Notes under the pieces: model-generated | Told to the model about the DNA's origin: nothing | Seen by the model: only the letters and a program-made list of their open reading frames with translations | Database searches by the model: none | Shown: one piece after another, positions 10,892-25,156 of the stretch | How positions within the stretch are numbered: position 1 is the first letter of the stretch | How the letters are laid out: every line of letters begins with the position of its first letter | NCBI RefSeq assembly: GCF_000497125.1 | Contig: NC_090604.1 | Coordinates: 578,651 to 623,396, forward strand | Length of the DNA: 44,746 bases | Origin: Spironucleus salmonicida | Lineage: Eukaryota | Direction: 5' to 3' | Position numbers and translations under genes: made by a program

Positions 10892-10965
10892 TGATTCTAC
10901 CGAGACTTGAACTCGGGACCACTTGTACGTCAAACAAACGTGCTAACCAACTACACCATAGAATC
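10892..10965 (-). tRNA. trnV-GAC: tRNA-Val, anticodon GAC (copy 2)
   Basis: Reverse complement of 3723-3796 with one C>T change in the variable loop; similar T-rich 3' flank (AAATTTTATTTTGGTCA). Confidence 0.92.
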
Positions 10966-11864
10966 TGTAATAATTTTGTATATATAATTACGAAATTCTC
11001 TATTAATTAAAATTAGTAACATGAAACTTTATCGGAATAGCATTTAGAATGAGGAACCGAAAAAAATAAACATAACATTCTAACTGTAATCAGTAATCCA
11101 TATAAGATATTATTAGTGTTACTTTCGTTACGGATAATAAATAATATGAATATTCATAACATTTTAGGGCAAACAAGTCATATTTGAACTTATCTGTAAT
11201 TTTAGATACAGATTTATTAAAATTACAAAAAGTAAAACTATAATAATTAATTATAGAGATTAATACACCGTATCATTAACTAGGATTAAGATATGTACAA
11301 TGCTATGAATAATATATTTAAATACACAGTTTTGCAGATATTTTAGACGAATTTACCATTGAGCGACTAAGATCAATATATGAACAGTAAATCGTACTAG
11401 ACTAAGTAAAAATATATTTAAAATGTGGCCGTTTAACGATTATTAATCTTTAATAATACTATTACTCATCATTAAATCAAAAAACAAATTTATACTACTT
11501 ATTCTTTTATTCATAAATTTCTTCTAATAATTAAACCTAATCTTTTAACAGTTTTAAGAAGAAAATAAAACATGATAAAATTTCGGATGATAAATTACTA
11601 AAATGATGCCTAGTTTACTATTAATTATATGGTTAATGATGATAAAACCGTTAATTGGAGCAAAATTTTGTTCTTGGATTTATAGTCAACTAGCAGTAAG
11701 ATCAGTCCATCTACTCATTATCAAAAATAACTATATTATAATACATTAATAAGGTTAATTTAAAATTAATTATTTTATATTGAATAACTCTAAGAATAAC
11801 TAGATTGTCACCAAACAAGCTTTAATTCTTCAAGGATTCAAACCCTGCTACTATTTTAAAAATT

Positions 11865-11937
11865 TGGACTAACGGGGGATTGAACCCCGGGCCTCATCCA
11901 TGCTAGGGATGCGCTCTACCAACTGAGCTACCAGCCC
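11865..11937 (-). tRNA. trnA-AGC: tRNA-Ala, anticodon AGC (IGC)
   Basis: Acceptor GGGCTGG/TTAGTCC with the G3:U70 Ala identity pair, D arm GCTC/GAGC, anticodon arm CATCC-CT-AGC-AT-GGATG, T arm CGGGG-TTCAATC-CCCCG. Confidence 0.95.
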
Positions 11938-12159
11938 TAATATTTTAGGTTTAATACTATAATACTAAATAAATAGGATAAATCAACGATTTTCTAACGT
12001 TCCATTTTGCTAGTTTTTCGTATTTCTTGATTACAGTACACTCTTTCTAGACCATAAATACTCCAAAATCCCGCTCCAATTCTAGCAGAAACGTCATCCA
12101 TATTACGACATTATAACCCAAACCCCCGATAAATTAGATTGAGGAATGACGATTACTAA

Positions 12160-13101
12160 ATGCCGCTCAGCACGTCCATCATCATTTTCTAGCCAATAGC
12201 TGCTCTGGCATTGCTGGTTATCGCAGCCCTTGGTGGTCTCCTGCCCTACTGTGTACAGCGGATGGCCAAGGCCGGCACCGCCTCCACAATGATGAACTGC
12301 GTCTCCGGGGGCCTGTTAGCAGGCGTAGCGCTCCTCCACATCATCCCCGAGGCTGGTGAGACGCTGAACGCGCTCTGCGGTGGCTTTCCCACGAGCGCCG
12401 TTCTGATGTTCCTGGGGATCCTCCTCATGGTGGTTGTTGTCCAGGCAGGCCACGGGCATAGCCATGGGGACGATCATGAGCACGTAGCAGATCACATACA
12501 TGACAACGAAACTCACGAGATCTAAGACTGCGCCTCCTAGGGCCAAAATAGCGAGCCTGGCTCCCAAACCGCCCTCAACGGCGACGAAGCTGCTCTCCTG
12601 CCACCAATTGATGCCCCCGCTCCGACATCCCTGAAAATCCTTATGTTGAGCCTACTGATTCACGACATTGCGGAGGGCGTGGTGCTGGGGTTGCAAACCG
12701 ACCTGCGGCGCGCGCTCTGCCTGGGGCTGGCGATCGGGCTGCACAAGTGGTGCGATGTATCCTGCCAGGTCGTCGCTGGGTTGCGCGCAGGGCTCTCGCG
12801 GCGAATCAATTTCTACTTTTCGCTCCCTCTAATTCTCGCGACACCGCTGGCACAGCTGCTGGCGTTCGTGCTGCTGCTGGCGACGCGGGTGGACGCCGAA
12901 AATGCGGTATTCGGGGCCGTGAAAGACTGCTTTATGAGCTTCGCGGGTGGCACGTTTCTTGCGATTGTTCTGGTCGAGATTTTGGGGGCCGAGCTCCGCG
13001 GAGCGCCGCGCCGGGTGGCGCTAAAGAGCCTTTTCGTTGTCGCTGGATTCTTCGTCGTGAGCCTGAGCAGCGTTCTGGAGGCCGTGAGCGGGGTGGAGTG
13101 A
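12160..13101 (+). CDS. ZIP (SLC39/Zrt-Irt) family zinc/metal transporter (313 aa)
   Basis: Track ORFs 12211..12525 and 12643..13101 join in one frame via TAG 12190, TAA 12523 and TAG 12538 = Gln. Motifs: GGLLAGVALLHIIPEA, His-rich loop HGHSHGDDHEH, HDIAEGVVLG, HKWCD, FAGGTFL. Confidence 0.93.
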
Positions 13102-13606
13102 GGTTTTTGAAAAGGAGTGGAAAATTATTATAATAGAATATGTATAATAATGTATATAAAGTAAAATGGAAGGTAAAAAATCTAGCCAATTCTCCGCAAA
13201 TACGTTGGGCAGGGGCTGGAATTCTGAAAATCGAAATCGCAGGGGCGGAGCACGAATTTAGGTGATAGCCTGCCAAATTGCGCGGTTGGCGGCTCCGTTG
13301 TTTGCGTGCAAATTTCGCGCGTCAAACGGATGGTTTCGTTGGAATAATTTTTTAAAATCAGTTTTTTTTACATTTTCAGTTTTTAGTATAAAACACATTA
13401 TTATATGATATTATAGATACTATAATTTCGGGGTTTTACGCGTGAGTTTCTTTTGTACTCATCCACGTTTTATTTTGATTATAAAAATCGAATTTTAGCA
13501 GTATTATATATAAATAATAAGTATCTATTTTTCCCACTCCAATAATAATTCAGTTATTATATTAATATATACTATATAATAAGATAATAATTTTGTTTAT
13601 CTATAA

Positions 13607-13801
13607 ATGCTTAAAAATGAAATCCAAGAAAGAGCGTTTAGCTATCTGCAGGTCCTCAAGCGACCAGTCACACGCACGTCCTCATTAATAATTAATTTGC
13701 CTGAAATCCGATTATAGCCAAAACGCGTGCAGTCGCCTTTGCGCTGTTTCAAAGCCGCACGGTCCGTGGATGAATTAAGCGTTTTTCAAATAATATTTTG
13801 A
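13607..13801 (+). CDS. Small hypothetical protein (64 aa)
   Basis: ATG-to-TGA frame (MLKNEIQERAFSYLQVLKRP...) coincides with a GC-richer island; one TAG=Gln; AGTGAA just downstream of the stop. Confidence 0.55.
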
Positions 13802-16800
13802 AATTAGTGAATCCTTTGCACTTAAAACTCTATAATATTATTATACAATTTAAATAATAATTGATAATAAATGGGCTGAAAAGTCAAATTAAAAATTTAT
13901 AGCAAGTTTGGTAAAGATAATAAAATTTTAAAGAATAACAACAAGTAGGACTGTTAATATCTCTATATATAGCATAAATTCAGTATACCTATTGATATAT
14001 TTTCAGTTACATTTTACCTCATTAGAAGTTAGAACGCCCACATATTTCCGAAATTATTTTATACATCGTGCTATTATACAGGAATTAAATTAAATAATTT
14101 GCAATTTAAAAATTAGAAAATAGTTGAAAGTATTATTTAATTCCAAAATATGAGTAAATATTTTATTAAAATTAAATTATTTTCCATATCTAATTAATTA
14201 TTCATTGTAGGTGCTTATTAAGATATACGTGATCTATGTAAAGATCTCTATATCATGATAATATAGTCATTGATTGAGGTTGAAACATAATGAGATAGGA
14301 ATATTTTCTGTAGAAATTTTGTAAAATTTATGATTATTATCAAATTATTGTAAGCCATGTTCATTTAATGATTTTACAATATTAAAATCTTATTTATTAC
14401 GCAATATTAAAGAAATCAGGTAATTTGTGAAAATAATTTTATAACTAACACTGAAATAAATTTCTTATATAATATATAACTGTTAATATAATATAATTTA
14501 TAAGTTTCTACAGTTATTTTTTTAATTTTATCCTAAATCTAAACAGCAGAAAATATATAGGTTAGATCAGATAATTAGCTATAATAAGAAAAATCTGATC
14601 AATCTAGCTGATTCTTCTTCTTCTTCATATAAAAGTACTGGTTCTTTAGTTATGACAGCGTCATGCTAGGAAAATATGTGGTTTGGATACGTTCTAAGTT
14701 ATAGCCAAATTACTATACAGCATTTATCAGTGTTCTTTTTTGTTTTTATGTCCAAGTCTTGGATGACTGCAACTTTTGTATTGATATCTAAATGGTATCA
14801 GGATCTTTTTACCCATGTTATAGTAAAGATAAATCTATATCTGAAGAATTAGCAAGTAGTCTTATTAATTCTTCTATTCCGGACTACATTTTTAAAATTT
14901 AATTAAGCTATATTTGAATTATTTAGCATAATAATTTGCTAGTTTTATGTAAAAATGTCTCAATAACGGTATAAAGTTTATTATCATAATAATAATTCAT
15001 AAAAAATTGAATCTTGAAAAACACAGATATTTTTAAAATAATAAATGAATTGTAGAATATATAATTCTTAAATAATTAATTATTCTATATATATATAAAA
15101 TAATAAGAACAACTTATGATATAAATTTCTAATTTTATCTTTACGTAAAATAAACTGTTATTAAGATTTTATGTTATATTATATAATAACTGCTTGTAAA
15201 TATATAAGTTTTAATAGCTGATTAACTATTATATATTAACAGTTTTCTTTTAAAATTTAGATTTTATTTTTATGAGGTTGCTTTACGCTAGTGCTTAAGT
15301 TTGAAACTAAACATGGATGATTATTTTTTAGCTAATATATTGAGCTATATGTTACTAGATATCGATAAACAGCTTTTAATGAAATTAATATATTTTGGTA
15401 AAATACTATTAAGACAGCTAAATAATTACATTTTCTTCCAACAACTTTTCATTTAATATTTGGAACTAAATGCTAAAAGGTCAAGTTATAAATTAGTTTC
15501 ATTATTTTTTCTATATTTTATCTAAACAGGCTACTTTGTAAAATTTATCAATATCAATCATAGAAATTAATCAAATACCTGTTAAATCAGTATGATAATT
15601 TGATGAAAATATAGATTGTAAGTTTTTGAAAAATCTCCGTAAATAATTCTATATTTTAATAAATAATTAGAATTATTATATTTCTTATGTTGTCTGCATG
15701 TATGAAATTACTATTTTATACATAAATATTCTAATAAGAAAACCTGTATTTATATAAATTGTATATGAAATTAAATAAAAATCATACAAATAACATAAAT
15801 TCTATAAAACTTTGTTTACCGTAACTCTTTATTATAAAAATTAAAGCATTTTTCGTTTTCAATTAATTTAATTAATTTTTGGAAATTAAATATATTGATT
15901 TATCCTATATCAAATGTAGCTTTATGTACCATTTTTATCCATTTACAATAAGGTAAAAATAACAATATTTAGAGATATTTTAAGGATAATACTTGAAATA
16001 TATTATTTCAAACCATCATTTAACGCTAAATTTCGACCCAAAGACCAGCCTTGCAATCATGCGACTCAACCTTTCTCCGTATTTAATTATCAAAAAATAT
16101 TCGCTTAATACCATATATTACAGCCTTATACCGTTTAATAAAGCGTTCAAGTAAATAATTTTTTTGTATGATATATTTCCTTATATCATCAATTTTTATA
16201 ATAAAAATGTGATATAAGCTAACTTTCCGCATCTCACACCTTCCCTTATATCACCAAAATTTAATTGCTCTAAATGCGTAGAAAAACGATCCCTACACAC
16301 CAAATCCCCTAAATATTACTCCTCCCAAACAGCAAATTTCTCTCCTATTTCACGCGTTCCACTCACCTTCAAATTTCGATTTCACTAGCAGAATTTATCT
16401 CAAATGCGCGAAGGAAATGTTCTTAAAATGCAATTTCAGTTATTTTAATCTATTTTACCAACTGATATAATAGATCCTTTCACTAACTGATATAACAACC
16501 TATTTACAATCTAATAACCGTGCGAAGCGCGCAAGGTCCTGCGCTGGGGCGCTGGTGCCACAATTTGCAACATTTTGAGTCGAAAATTCTGCAATTCACG
16601 TCCATTTCATGATATATAAAACAATAATTCACATCCCATTTCAATACATATGAAACAACATGTGGGAGCACGCAAAATCGACCCCAAGTATCAAAATTCT
16701 GCGCAAATTCCTGGCGTCAATTTAGCGATTCCTAGTGTCAATTTGACAGTTACTTGAAACTACGATTCCTGGAAACTCGTCAAGCTGTTATATAATATGA

Positions 16801-17271
16801 TATAATGAAGTTATTTTCTTCAAAAGAATGGCGATAACGGGGTAATTGGGGGCCATTAGCGGTCTTTAGAAGCGTTTTGGGCGCTTAAATGGGCTTAAAC
16901 GGTCTTGAAAGAACGGGGGGTTTTTCGGGCGCCGCGTGGGGTGAAATGGTGAAAAATCATCTCAAAATACTGGGGACTTCACGGGGTGCTTTGGAGGTAA
17001 ATACTGAGAGTACTGCGTCGAATTGTATAGATAATACATGCATTTTAAAAATAATTAATAGTATATTTATAATAATATTAGTTTGTGGTTTAGAAATTTG
17101 AGATATAGGGTTTAATTCTCGCATAGTCAGATAGCGCGACATGGATTTTGAGGTTGCTAAAAGTACTTTTCTGATTATTTGGGGTTTGGTGTTAAAAATG
17201 GAGCATTTAACTTACGCGTAAAGTACTTTTTTGTAAAATTCATGTATAAGATTTGCTAATTTTTGCTGTCT

Positions 17272-17323
17272 GTGATGCCTGCTGACACTGGGTGGGAGCT
17301 GCAGGGCGACTTGAGTTGATGCT
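17272..17323 (+). repeat. 52-bp dispersed direct repeat, copy A
   Basis: 43/52 ungapped identity to 29065-29116 by manual alignment. Confidence 0.8.
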
Positions 17324-18080
17324 TTTTTGATTTATTATAGAGTAATGCGAATAGATATATAAAATATAACTGGAAAGAATGTTAGCGGGATGGGACAAGG
17401 TGGTATATTGTTAGGGTGCATGGGACGAAGTATTGAAGGTGTTTCATAGGTATATATGTGTTGGAAATTGAGGTAAAACTAATCTTGACATTATAAAGGC
17501 ATTGCAGCAGAGCTGGGAATCCGTAGTATTATGTAACGGTTGGATATTGGTACCATTGTTAAAACTTTATTAGAAATCGAAAGTAATCATACTGTGATAA
17601 CAATACCACATATTAATGATAGGATAACCAGTTTCGTGCAATTTGGAGGGTTTTCTGCACTGGGTGGAGGCCTGAAAGCTGGAGTACAGGTTTGTAATAT
17701 AGAGGGGTTAACAGGAAAAGTTCCTAATAGTAGTGACCGAAAATGGTGAATTTGGTGTTACTGACGTAGTTGGAAGAGCGAAATATTTCTGAGTGCAAGA
17801 GAACAGGATAGATAACCTGTGCATTTAGTTGCAGGAGAGACATATAAGTACATCATGAAGGATATACCGAATTAGTAAACATAATATATTTTAGTTTTAG
17901 CTGGATGATACTTAGCATGCCCATCTCGCTCACAGAAACCACACAAATAGTGACTTTGTCTGTAATTATTATTTAATACTATATTAACTATTATATACAA
18001 TACTACACTTCATATGATATATAGCTGAAATTACAATTACTTACTACCTGAAATATTTAATTGGACGGGCTTCACTCTAA

Positions 18081-21000
18081 ATGACAAATCCACTATCAGT
18101 AGACTTCGCAGTGCACCAATACGTAATTCGTGATGGAAAAGTCAAAGTCGAAAGAAATACCTAGGAGCTGCTCACCTTTACCATAGAAGGCAGCGAGATC
18201 ACATAGTCCAGGCAGTTGGACATGAGTTGCAGGCACATACTCCGATCAGCTATTACCACAAAGGCGCAGCTGTGCGCGGTCTAGCTCATCCTGCTCTACA
18301 AGAAACTGGGGAAAATTGCTCAGAATGTGCAGTTCTAGATATCATAATTAAAAAAGATAATTAACTCGCGAGATCCAAAATTTTGGGGCAATATAGGCCT
18401 AGTTGCAGCACAGATGGGGCTTAGGGTTCTTTCGATAAAATCCACACGAAAACCTTATTTTGCTAAATTTGCAAAGCCTATCCAAGGTTATGATTTGCAG
18501 TACTTTTCGCTTTACAATAGTTTTGACACGAAAAAGATTCTTTAGCCTAAAAGTATAAAGAAAATTGATTTTCATGAAAATCAGGTACTGTTGCAGCTAG
18601 CAGCAATTCAGTACCAGCTTGAAGGTAAGTATCCTCTAATTCTGCCGTTGATTTTTGGCTACTCGGCATTCAGGTTGTATGATGTTTAGTTTAATGATTT
18701 AAAGGAGAACACTGATGCAAAAAAGGTGTATGGTAAAGAGTTGGATTTGCTTAAAAAGATATTTGAGGTATCGAATAAGATTTACAATGGAGAGGCGTTC
18801 ACAGAATAAGAAAAACCATAGTTGGATGAATTTGAGCTTATCAACCTGTTCCAGCTCCCGATGCACTTTCTAGGCACCGGGATCTGCCTGTTCATGTTCC
18901 AGCAGCTCTGCCACGTGTCCTACCTCTTCAAAGCAGAATATTTCGCATTATTCTCGTTGATTGGAAATGAAGTAGCAGACAATCTTACGAATGCAGTCAT
19001 AAGCCAGAGCTCCAAGTCTGGGAAAAGTGTAGCCTTGTACACGCAGTACTTTTTCCATCTACTGATGGGGAATGTTCCAATATTGTTTAATATGAGATCT
19101 GATAATGAGTAGCCTCTTTATGAGTACTACACAGAAAATTTTCATAGCAGCCTAGCCTAATAATACATAGATGTATATAACTTAAGCGAAATTAAAAAAA
19201 TAAGTTAAGTTAAAAATTTAAAGGAAGATGAAGAATTAAAGGAAGATGAAGATTTTAATAAGATTATACTTCAAAGCGTGTGCAATTTTCATTAATTCTA
19301 ATTGGCAAGTCTAGGCAAAGTTTCAGAGCTATTTTATAAAATGGTAATTTTCATAGAAAATATTACGAAAATTAAGAATGTTAAAGGAAATAAATCTTTT
19401 AATCTGTTGGATGCTGTGAAGAAGCTGTAATATAACAATCATATATTTACAAAATTTGAATTGCTTTAAAACCAGAATTTTTTTATTTACAACGATCATA
19501 AGGATACCTCTGGTATTTTAGATGACTAAATACTGGAAAGATCAAAGAAACCAGTGTTACATTAAACACCTATTATTCTAGTTGATGAATGCTTATAATC
19601 TCAGAAGAGTAAGTTTCCTAAATGCGTTAAGTTGTGCCAGATGATCTTCATGCGTTATGAGGAGAAACTGATTTAGTTAGGCAAAGATTAGTATATAGAG
19701 ATATAAACCACGTTGAATAGTGCTAAGTTTAAAGTGATAACTAAATTCGCAGCTATCGAATATAAACAACATCGTTTGGTTATTAATGTTATTTTGCCGC
19801 TTCTGAGTAAAGAGCTTCTGGAATCAGCAAAAACTGAACTGGGCAAAATTAGTATGACAGATCGATTCTAAAATAAAGGTATAGACTTGTATCAAACTAT
19901 TGAAAACATCATAACCAGTGTTTAATCACAAAATGCAGATTAGAGATTCTATACTATACACGGCAACCAAGAAATTATGATAGAATATTTGAAGTCTCTT
20001 AATAGTTTACTAGGAAAATCAGAGTACATTCTCATAGCGATGGAGTACCTTCGCCTCGAGATTGATGATTACGACCTTCTCGACGAGTTAGTCGTTCACT
20101 CACCGCAGATATTAAACATTAGGAACAGAACATAATTTAGAGAAATATTCTTTTCAGGAATGGTATCTTACAGGAATCGAGGACAATACTATGAAGATTT
20201 TGAAACTAATTTCTACAAATTGATCCTATCGTTGTTCAACCCCAGAGGGGTCGAAACAGCGTTTTGGAAGACTTTTTCAGTTATTGCATTTAAGAAAATT
20301 GAAGAGAGCTAAGTGGATGACTAGTTATCCAAGGATAAAAAAGAAGAAAAAACTACTGGTGAGAATACTTCCTCTAAAGGTTAGCAGGGCATGCTAAAAT
20401 AATATTGGTCTTCTTCAGTCCAGTCTTTAATATGCGAATATTTTATGAATATAAATACAAAGAATTTACATTAAAATCTATAATTGATGATTGAAAAACT
20501 ACCAAAAATGGTTGAAAAATACAGTACTAAATACGAGACACCTAATTTTGATTATGTTACTGTTATAATGGTGGGAACATACCTTACCGTCATAAATTTC
20601 CTTACAGTCAATTAATTTTCCTATAATATCTTATCAAGCAGAGTGGGCGTAAAGTATATTAACGCATAGATATTAGGATATGTTCAGCCTCATGCGTCAT
20701 TGCTGTCTAGCTTTCAGTACGAGCAGCGTCGGATGGTAGTGGATGACAAAAGTTATAAGTATTCTATTAATAATATAGAATAATCAGTTAGTGATTTTGC
20801 TATACACACCCCAATTTTGGTATCACTACTGTACTCGATGATGACGGAGAAGTCGGTTGAGATGCAGTTCATGTGCTCCTCGGTGTGTCCATCTATATGG
20901 TTTCAGTATAACTAAAAAATATTAAATTTCAATGCAACCAGCAGGCATATAGTCAGTTTTTATATAAAAGGTAAAAAGTAAATTCCAGAGCAAACTATGT

Positions 21001-23504
21001 ATCAGTTTGATAGCCTCACCTAAACCTATAACAATATTATCATACACAAAGGCGTTAGTAAAAATACTAAATTTTAGCTCACAAAAGGATATGCTCATTT
21101 TGAATTATTACAGGAGAATCAGAATTATAATATCAGCTGCATTGCATCGTCGACTCTGAACTACGAGGTGGTATCCGTTTTGAACTATTAGCTCATGCTT
21201 GCATTCATAGCGAAATATTCAACCTCAGCGATAAGTATAGCAGATGCTTAAGCTACGCTATAACAAGTGTCTAAGTTTTTCAAGAGAAGCGTGTTGCTTG
21301 AATTTATGCAGGTCATCCTGTTCATGGCGAAGCTCACATGGCAGTCGGCAACCCTAATTACGAACATTTCCCTGATTATGAGGTACGTGGACACTGGGCA
21401 TATCTACGTCTAATACTTGCATGGTGGAAGTATTATTGCAGCGAAAAGCGAGAGTGTTTTCAATTTGCTGGAAAGAACGTCCGTGCCGCATAAGTTTATA
21501 TTCCTAAACCCCACCTTTGACTACGCGTTTCAAAGTTTTAATAAAAACCCAACTATTTCTATATACAAATAGGTACTGAAAGATTCGGTAGCAGCTGCGA
21601 AAGAAACCTTTCAGTTGCTGTGTTAGGGGACACCGGCCTAGACAAAAAGTACCACCAAAAAGGAAGAATCCTCCGCCAAAGAAGCAATTGTGGAGTAGGA
21701 TGGTGGAGCTCAGGATGATGTTGGCAGCACAACCTAGACTGAAAGTACCACTAAAAAAGAGAATCCACCACCACAGAAGTCTAGATGGAGTAGAATATGG
21801 GATCGTATTAAGATGTTGTTAATGCAGGTATACCCGATAAAAACTATATCGCAGGAGAATCAGTGCAAAGCATAGGAAGAATTAAAAGAAAAATAAACAG
21901 GCCCTATGCTAATTATCGTGATCCCTTTCGACAAGAAGATGTGCTTTACGGATAGTTTGGACAAAGCAAGGCACAAAATATTTGACTTCATCGTCACGTT
22001 CCACGGGTACCCTGACCTCGGTTTGGAGACAATAGATGGCTGCCAAGTGCTTCCGATAGAGTGCGGCCACCATGTCCCCGAAGTGTTGGCCGAAAAGGTT
22101 AAAGCGTTCAAGGTTAATAATGTATTGCAGATTGGACTTGATAAGAAAGGAGCAACCTAGTTATTAGAAATATAGGACAAGTCTGAGTAGTTTGTATTAG
22201 ACCAGTAGACCAAGGAAAGACTACCTAAGCAGAACGTACCACCCAAGTTTGAAGACAAGATGCAGTGCCAGGTTTTCTAAATAAATGATACCAAGTTGGA
22301 TTACACTGAGATATTTGCAGCCTTAAATGACTAAAATATAATAATAAATATTGTTAACAAAAATAAATATTACTACCTTTTGCTTATCGATGAGAAGAAC
22401 AACTGTGCTACTAAGTATGATACGATACGTGAGAAATTTAGTGTGGACGCTAAGGATTCTAAATTAACTATTGATAAAGTTTGTAGCGTGAGGGGAACTT
22501 CCATTTTGCATTAGTATGTGTCATAAGGTTTTATCTTACCGAAGTAGACGGTGAATTTAGATTTAAAGTTAATATAGGACTATAGTATTGTTGTTAAGAA
22601 ACTGGCTACTAAGTTTTAGTCATTGCATTTTACATGTAACAACAGTAAAAATGAGATTTAAGTCATATTCAATAGCGATACCGATCTATTGGAGTTTTTG
22701 ACATCGATAAATCTAAAAATTGTGTCAATTAATGAAAAAAATAATATCTACACCATGCTAGTTGTATATATACCTAATAAGTAAGATATTGCTAATAAGG
22801 AACAATAAGCCTTATTGGAAAAGGAAAGATTAAAAAAAATATACGAAGAACCTCTCTATGAAATCTGCAAGAAGAATTACGACTCGTATGACGAATCTAG
22901 TAAGGTGAAAATGCTAACTGAAAAAGAAAATTAGTATGAGGAGATTAGATTATTTAAGAATTATCCAATTGCATATACGTATGTACAGAATGATAGGGCA
23001 TTTACGCTATCTAAGGAGCAGTTGCTTGATCATCTAACCGTGTACCAAAGCATTATATCCAAATTCGAAGACGATATAGTTTATTTAACTAATGGTGTAT
23101 CATTTGTAAATCAATTGTTAAAAATAAATTCAAAAAAGTTAATTAATTTTAATACTGAAGAGAGCTAGTACTTTATCATGCTTCTAAATGGATTAAGATA
23201 AAAGAATTATACACCAAATATGAATTTTTTGCGTAGTACTTTATTGTAAGACTAGTTTAATATCTTAGTTACACTTCAAACAGAACATGAAAAAAGTTAC
23301 TGCATAAAGATTTCGCTGATAGAGACAGATAAATCGAATAAAAAACTTGAAGGTGACAATTTTATATTATAAAAATAATACATAACATTTAAAGCAACCG
23401 AACAAGTTGATTCGGATACGATTTGTGGATTATTTTTTAGATTAAAAATAGTTTTAGATAATATAGTTGATGGCGTTGCTCACATAGTTTTCTTACCCGA
23501 ATGA
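18081..23504 (+). CDS. Large hypothetical protein (~1807 aa), no recognised domain
   Basis: ATG 18081 and TGA 23502 are in frame with track fragments 18822 and 21906. No in-frame TGA in the stretches read (contiguous to ~19.7 kb, spot checks beyond); many TAA/TAG=Gln. Confidence 0.85.
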
Positions 23505-25156
23505 TTAGATTTATATGAGGTATCATATTTATATATTATTTTGCAATTGTACAGTGTCTGTTCCCTGCGTATTATTAGGTTAGTTGCTGGGCCTACCTTT
23601 AATTGGACGTACTTATCTATAATATTATGATATTGCTATTATATATTTACTGAGTCATGGGAAATGAGCACTGGTAGGACTACACCATACAAATCTCAGT
23701 AAGTATGATTCTCCAGTTTATTGCTATTATATTATAAAATATACAGCACAATATAAATTTATTAGTAGAAATAATACTACAGAGTATATAACTAATATAT
23801 TACCTAAGGATAATTATCAAAATATATATTATATATAGTATAAACTAATTAAGATAATATAGTAGTATAGTAGTAAGTAACCTTATATGCTTTTAAATAG
23901 TAACTAACTATTCACATATACGACTTAGGTTACATAACAAGAGTTAAAGGTTAACCTAATTCTCTAATTAGCTTAACCAAAGGTAATGATATGATTATAA
24001 ATGAATATTTAGAAATCTATAATTTTTTATAAATTTAGTAGTTTGTTATTATCTATTAAGGTATCAAATTCAAATTATGGATCAAGTTAAAGAATCAATT
24101 CAAATAATAAATAGTTATCATATTCTGTTGTGTTATGCGCATATGAATATGTCACATCATACTTTTTAATATTAGTAACATATGTCTAATAGATCTTATT
24201 AGTTGGTATCAAGTGATAAAATATAATTCCACTAGTAAGCTACTATCATCAAACACAAGTGTATCTCATTATTAATTAAAAAAAACGATATATCATCATT
24301 CGCGTTGCGAACACTGAAATACCTTTCCTTTTCTAACATAAAATTGGTATATATTTATTTACTGATGGTGGCTTACTACTAATCTAATCAAATCAGATCT
24401 AAAGTGTGTTGTCTGAGATATCATAGACAGAATTATCTACAAATAGTGATATTTGTATTTCAATTAGAATGCATTACGATATTTATACTACTTGGGATGA
24501 AAAAAACTGAACAATAGTTCGAATATAATCTTATAAAAATGAGTATATAATTAGTATATCTTAATTATATAAAATATCAGATCAAAATTTTATGAATGGT
24601 AAAATAATGTAAACGCCATATATACCTAACAAATAAGCAGGAGATATTTGAATGAACAAGATCGGTACGTTATGCTTATATTAATTTAATGAAGCATATC
24701 TTACTTTAATATAGGATGAATACTCTAATTATATGTAAAATATACGCAAAATTTTAAGCTTAAAAATACTTCTGAGCAATCTGAACATTCTGAGACGCAT
24801 ATATTTTAAGTAGTAATACTAAATAGGCAATATCATGGGATCTTTGCGTGGAAAAATAATTCAATAGCAAAGCTCAGAGAAACATTTATTAATGTGCATC
24901 AAGCACTTATATGATTCAACACCATAGGTAAAAAACATCACTAATAGATCATAACCTATAAACTACAATATATATTGTTTTATATAGGTTCTCTTGATTT
25001 TAATATCTGCTGTAGTAAACATACACGGGATTACTGTTACTAATTCTCTGATCAATGAGCACCTAATCAAAAGTTATAAAAAGTAAATGAGTAAATTATA
25101 TTTTATCGTTTTTGCTGTATTTTAAATGGATGAATAATAAATCATAATATTATCTG

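Noticed and set aside
12747-13276. ORFs 12747..13133(+) and 12932..13276(-)
   Set aside because: Alternate frames of the GC-rich ZIP gene.
14663-14917. 84-aa table-6 ORF (MLGKYVVWIRSK...)
   Set aside because: Short, no motif and no clear compositional support.
16000-17900. Short ORFs and scattered Cys codons suggesting another decayed gene
   Set aside because: Too few CXXC motifs and no coherent frame.
19218-19252. 18-bp-period tandem duplication (LKEDEE LKEDED)
   Set aside because: Ordinary in-frame micro-duplication.
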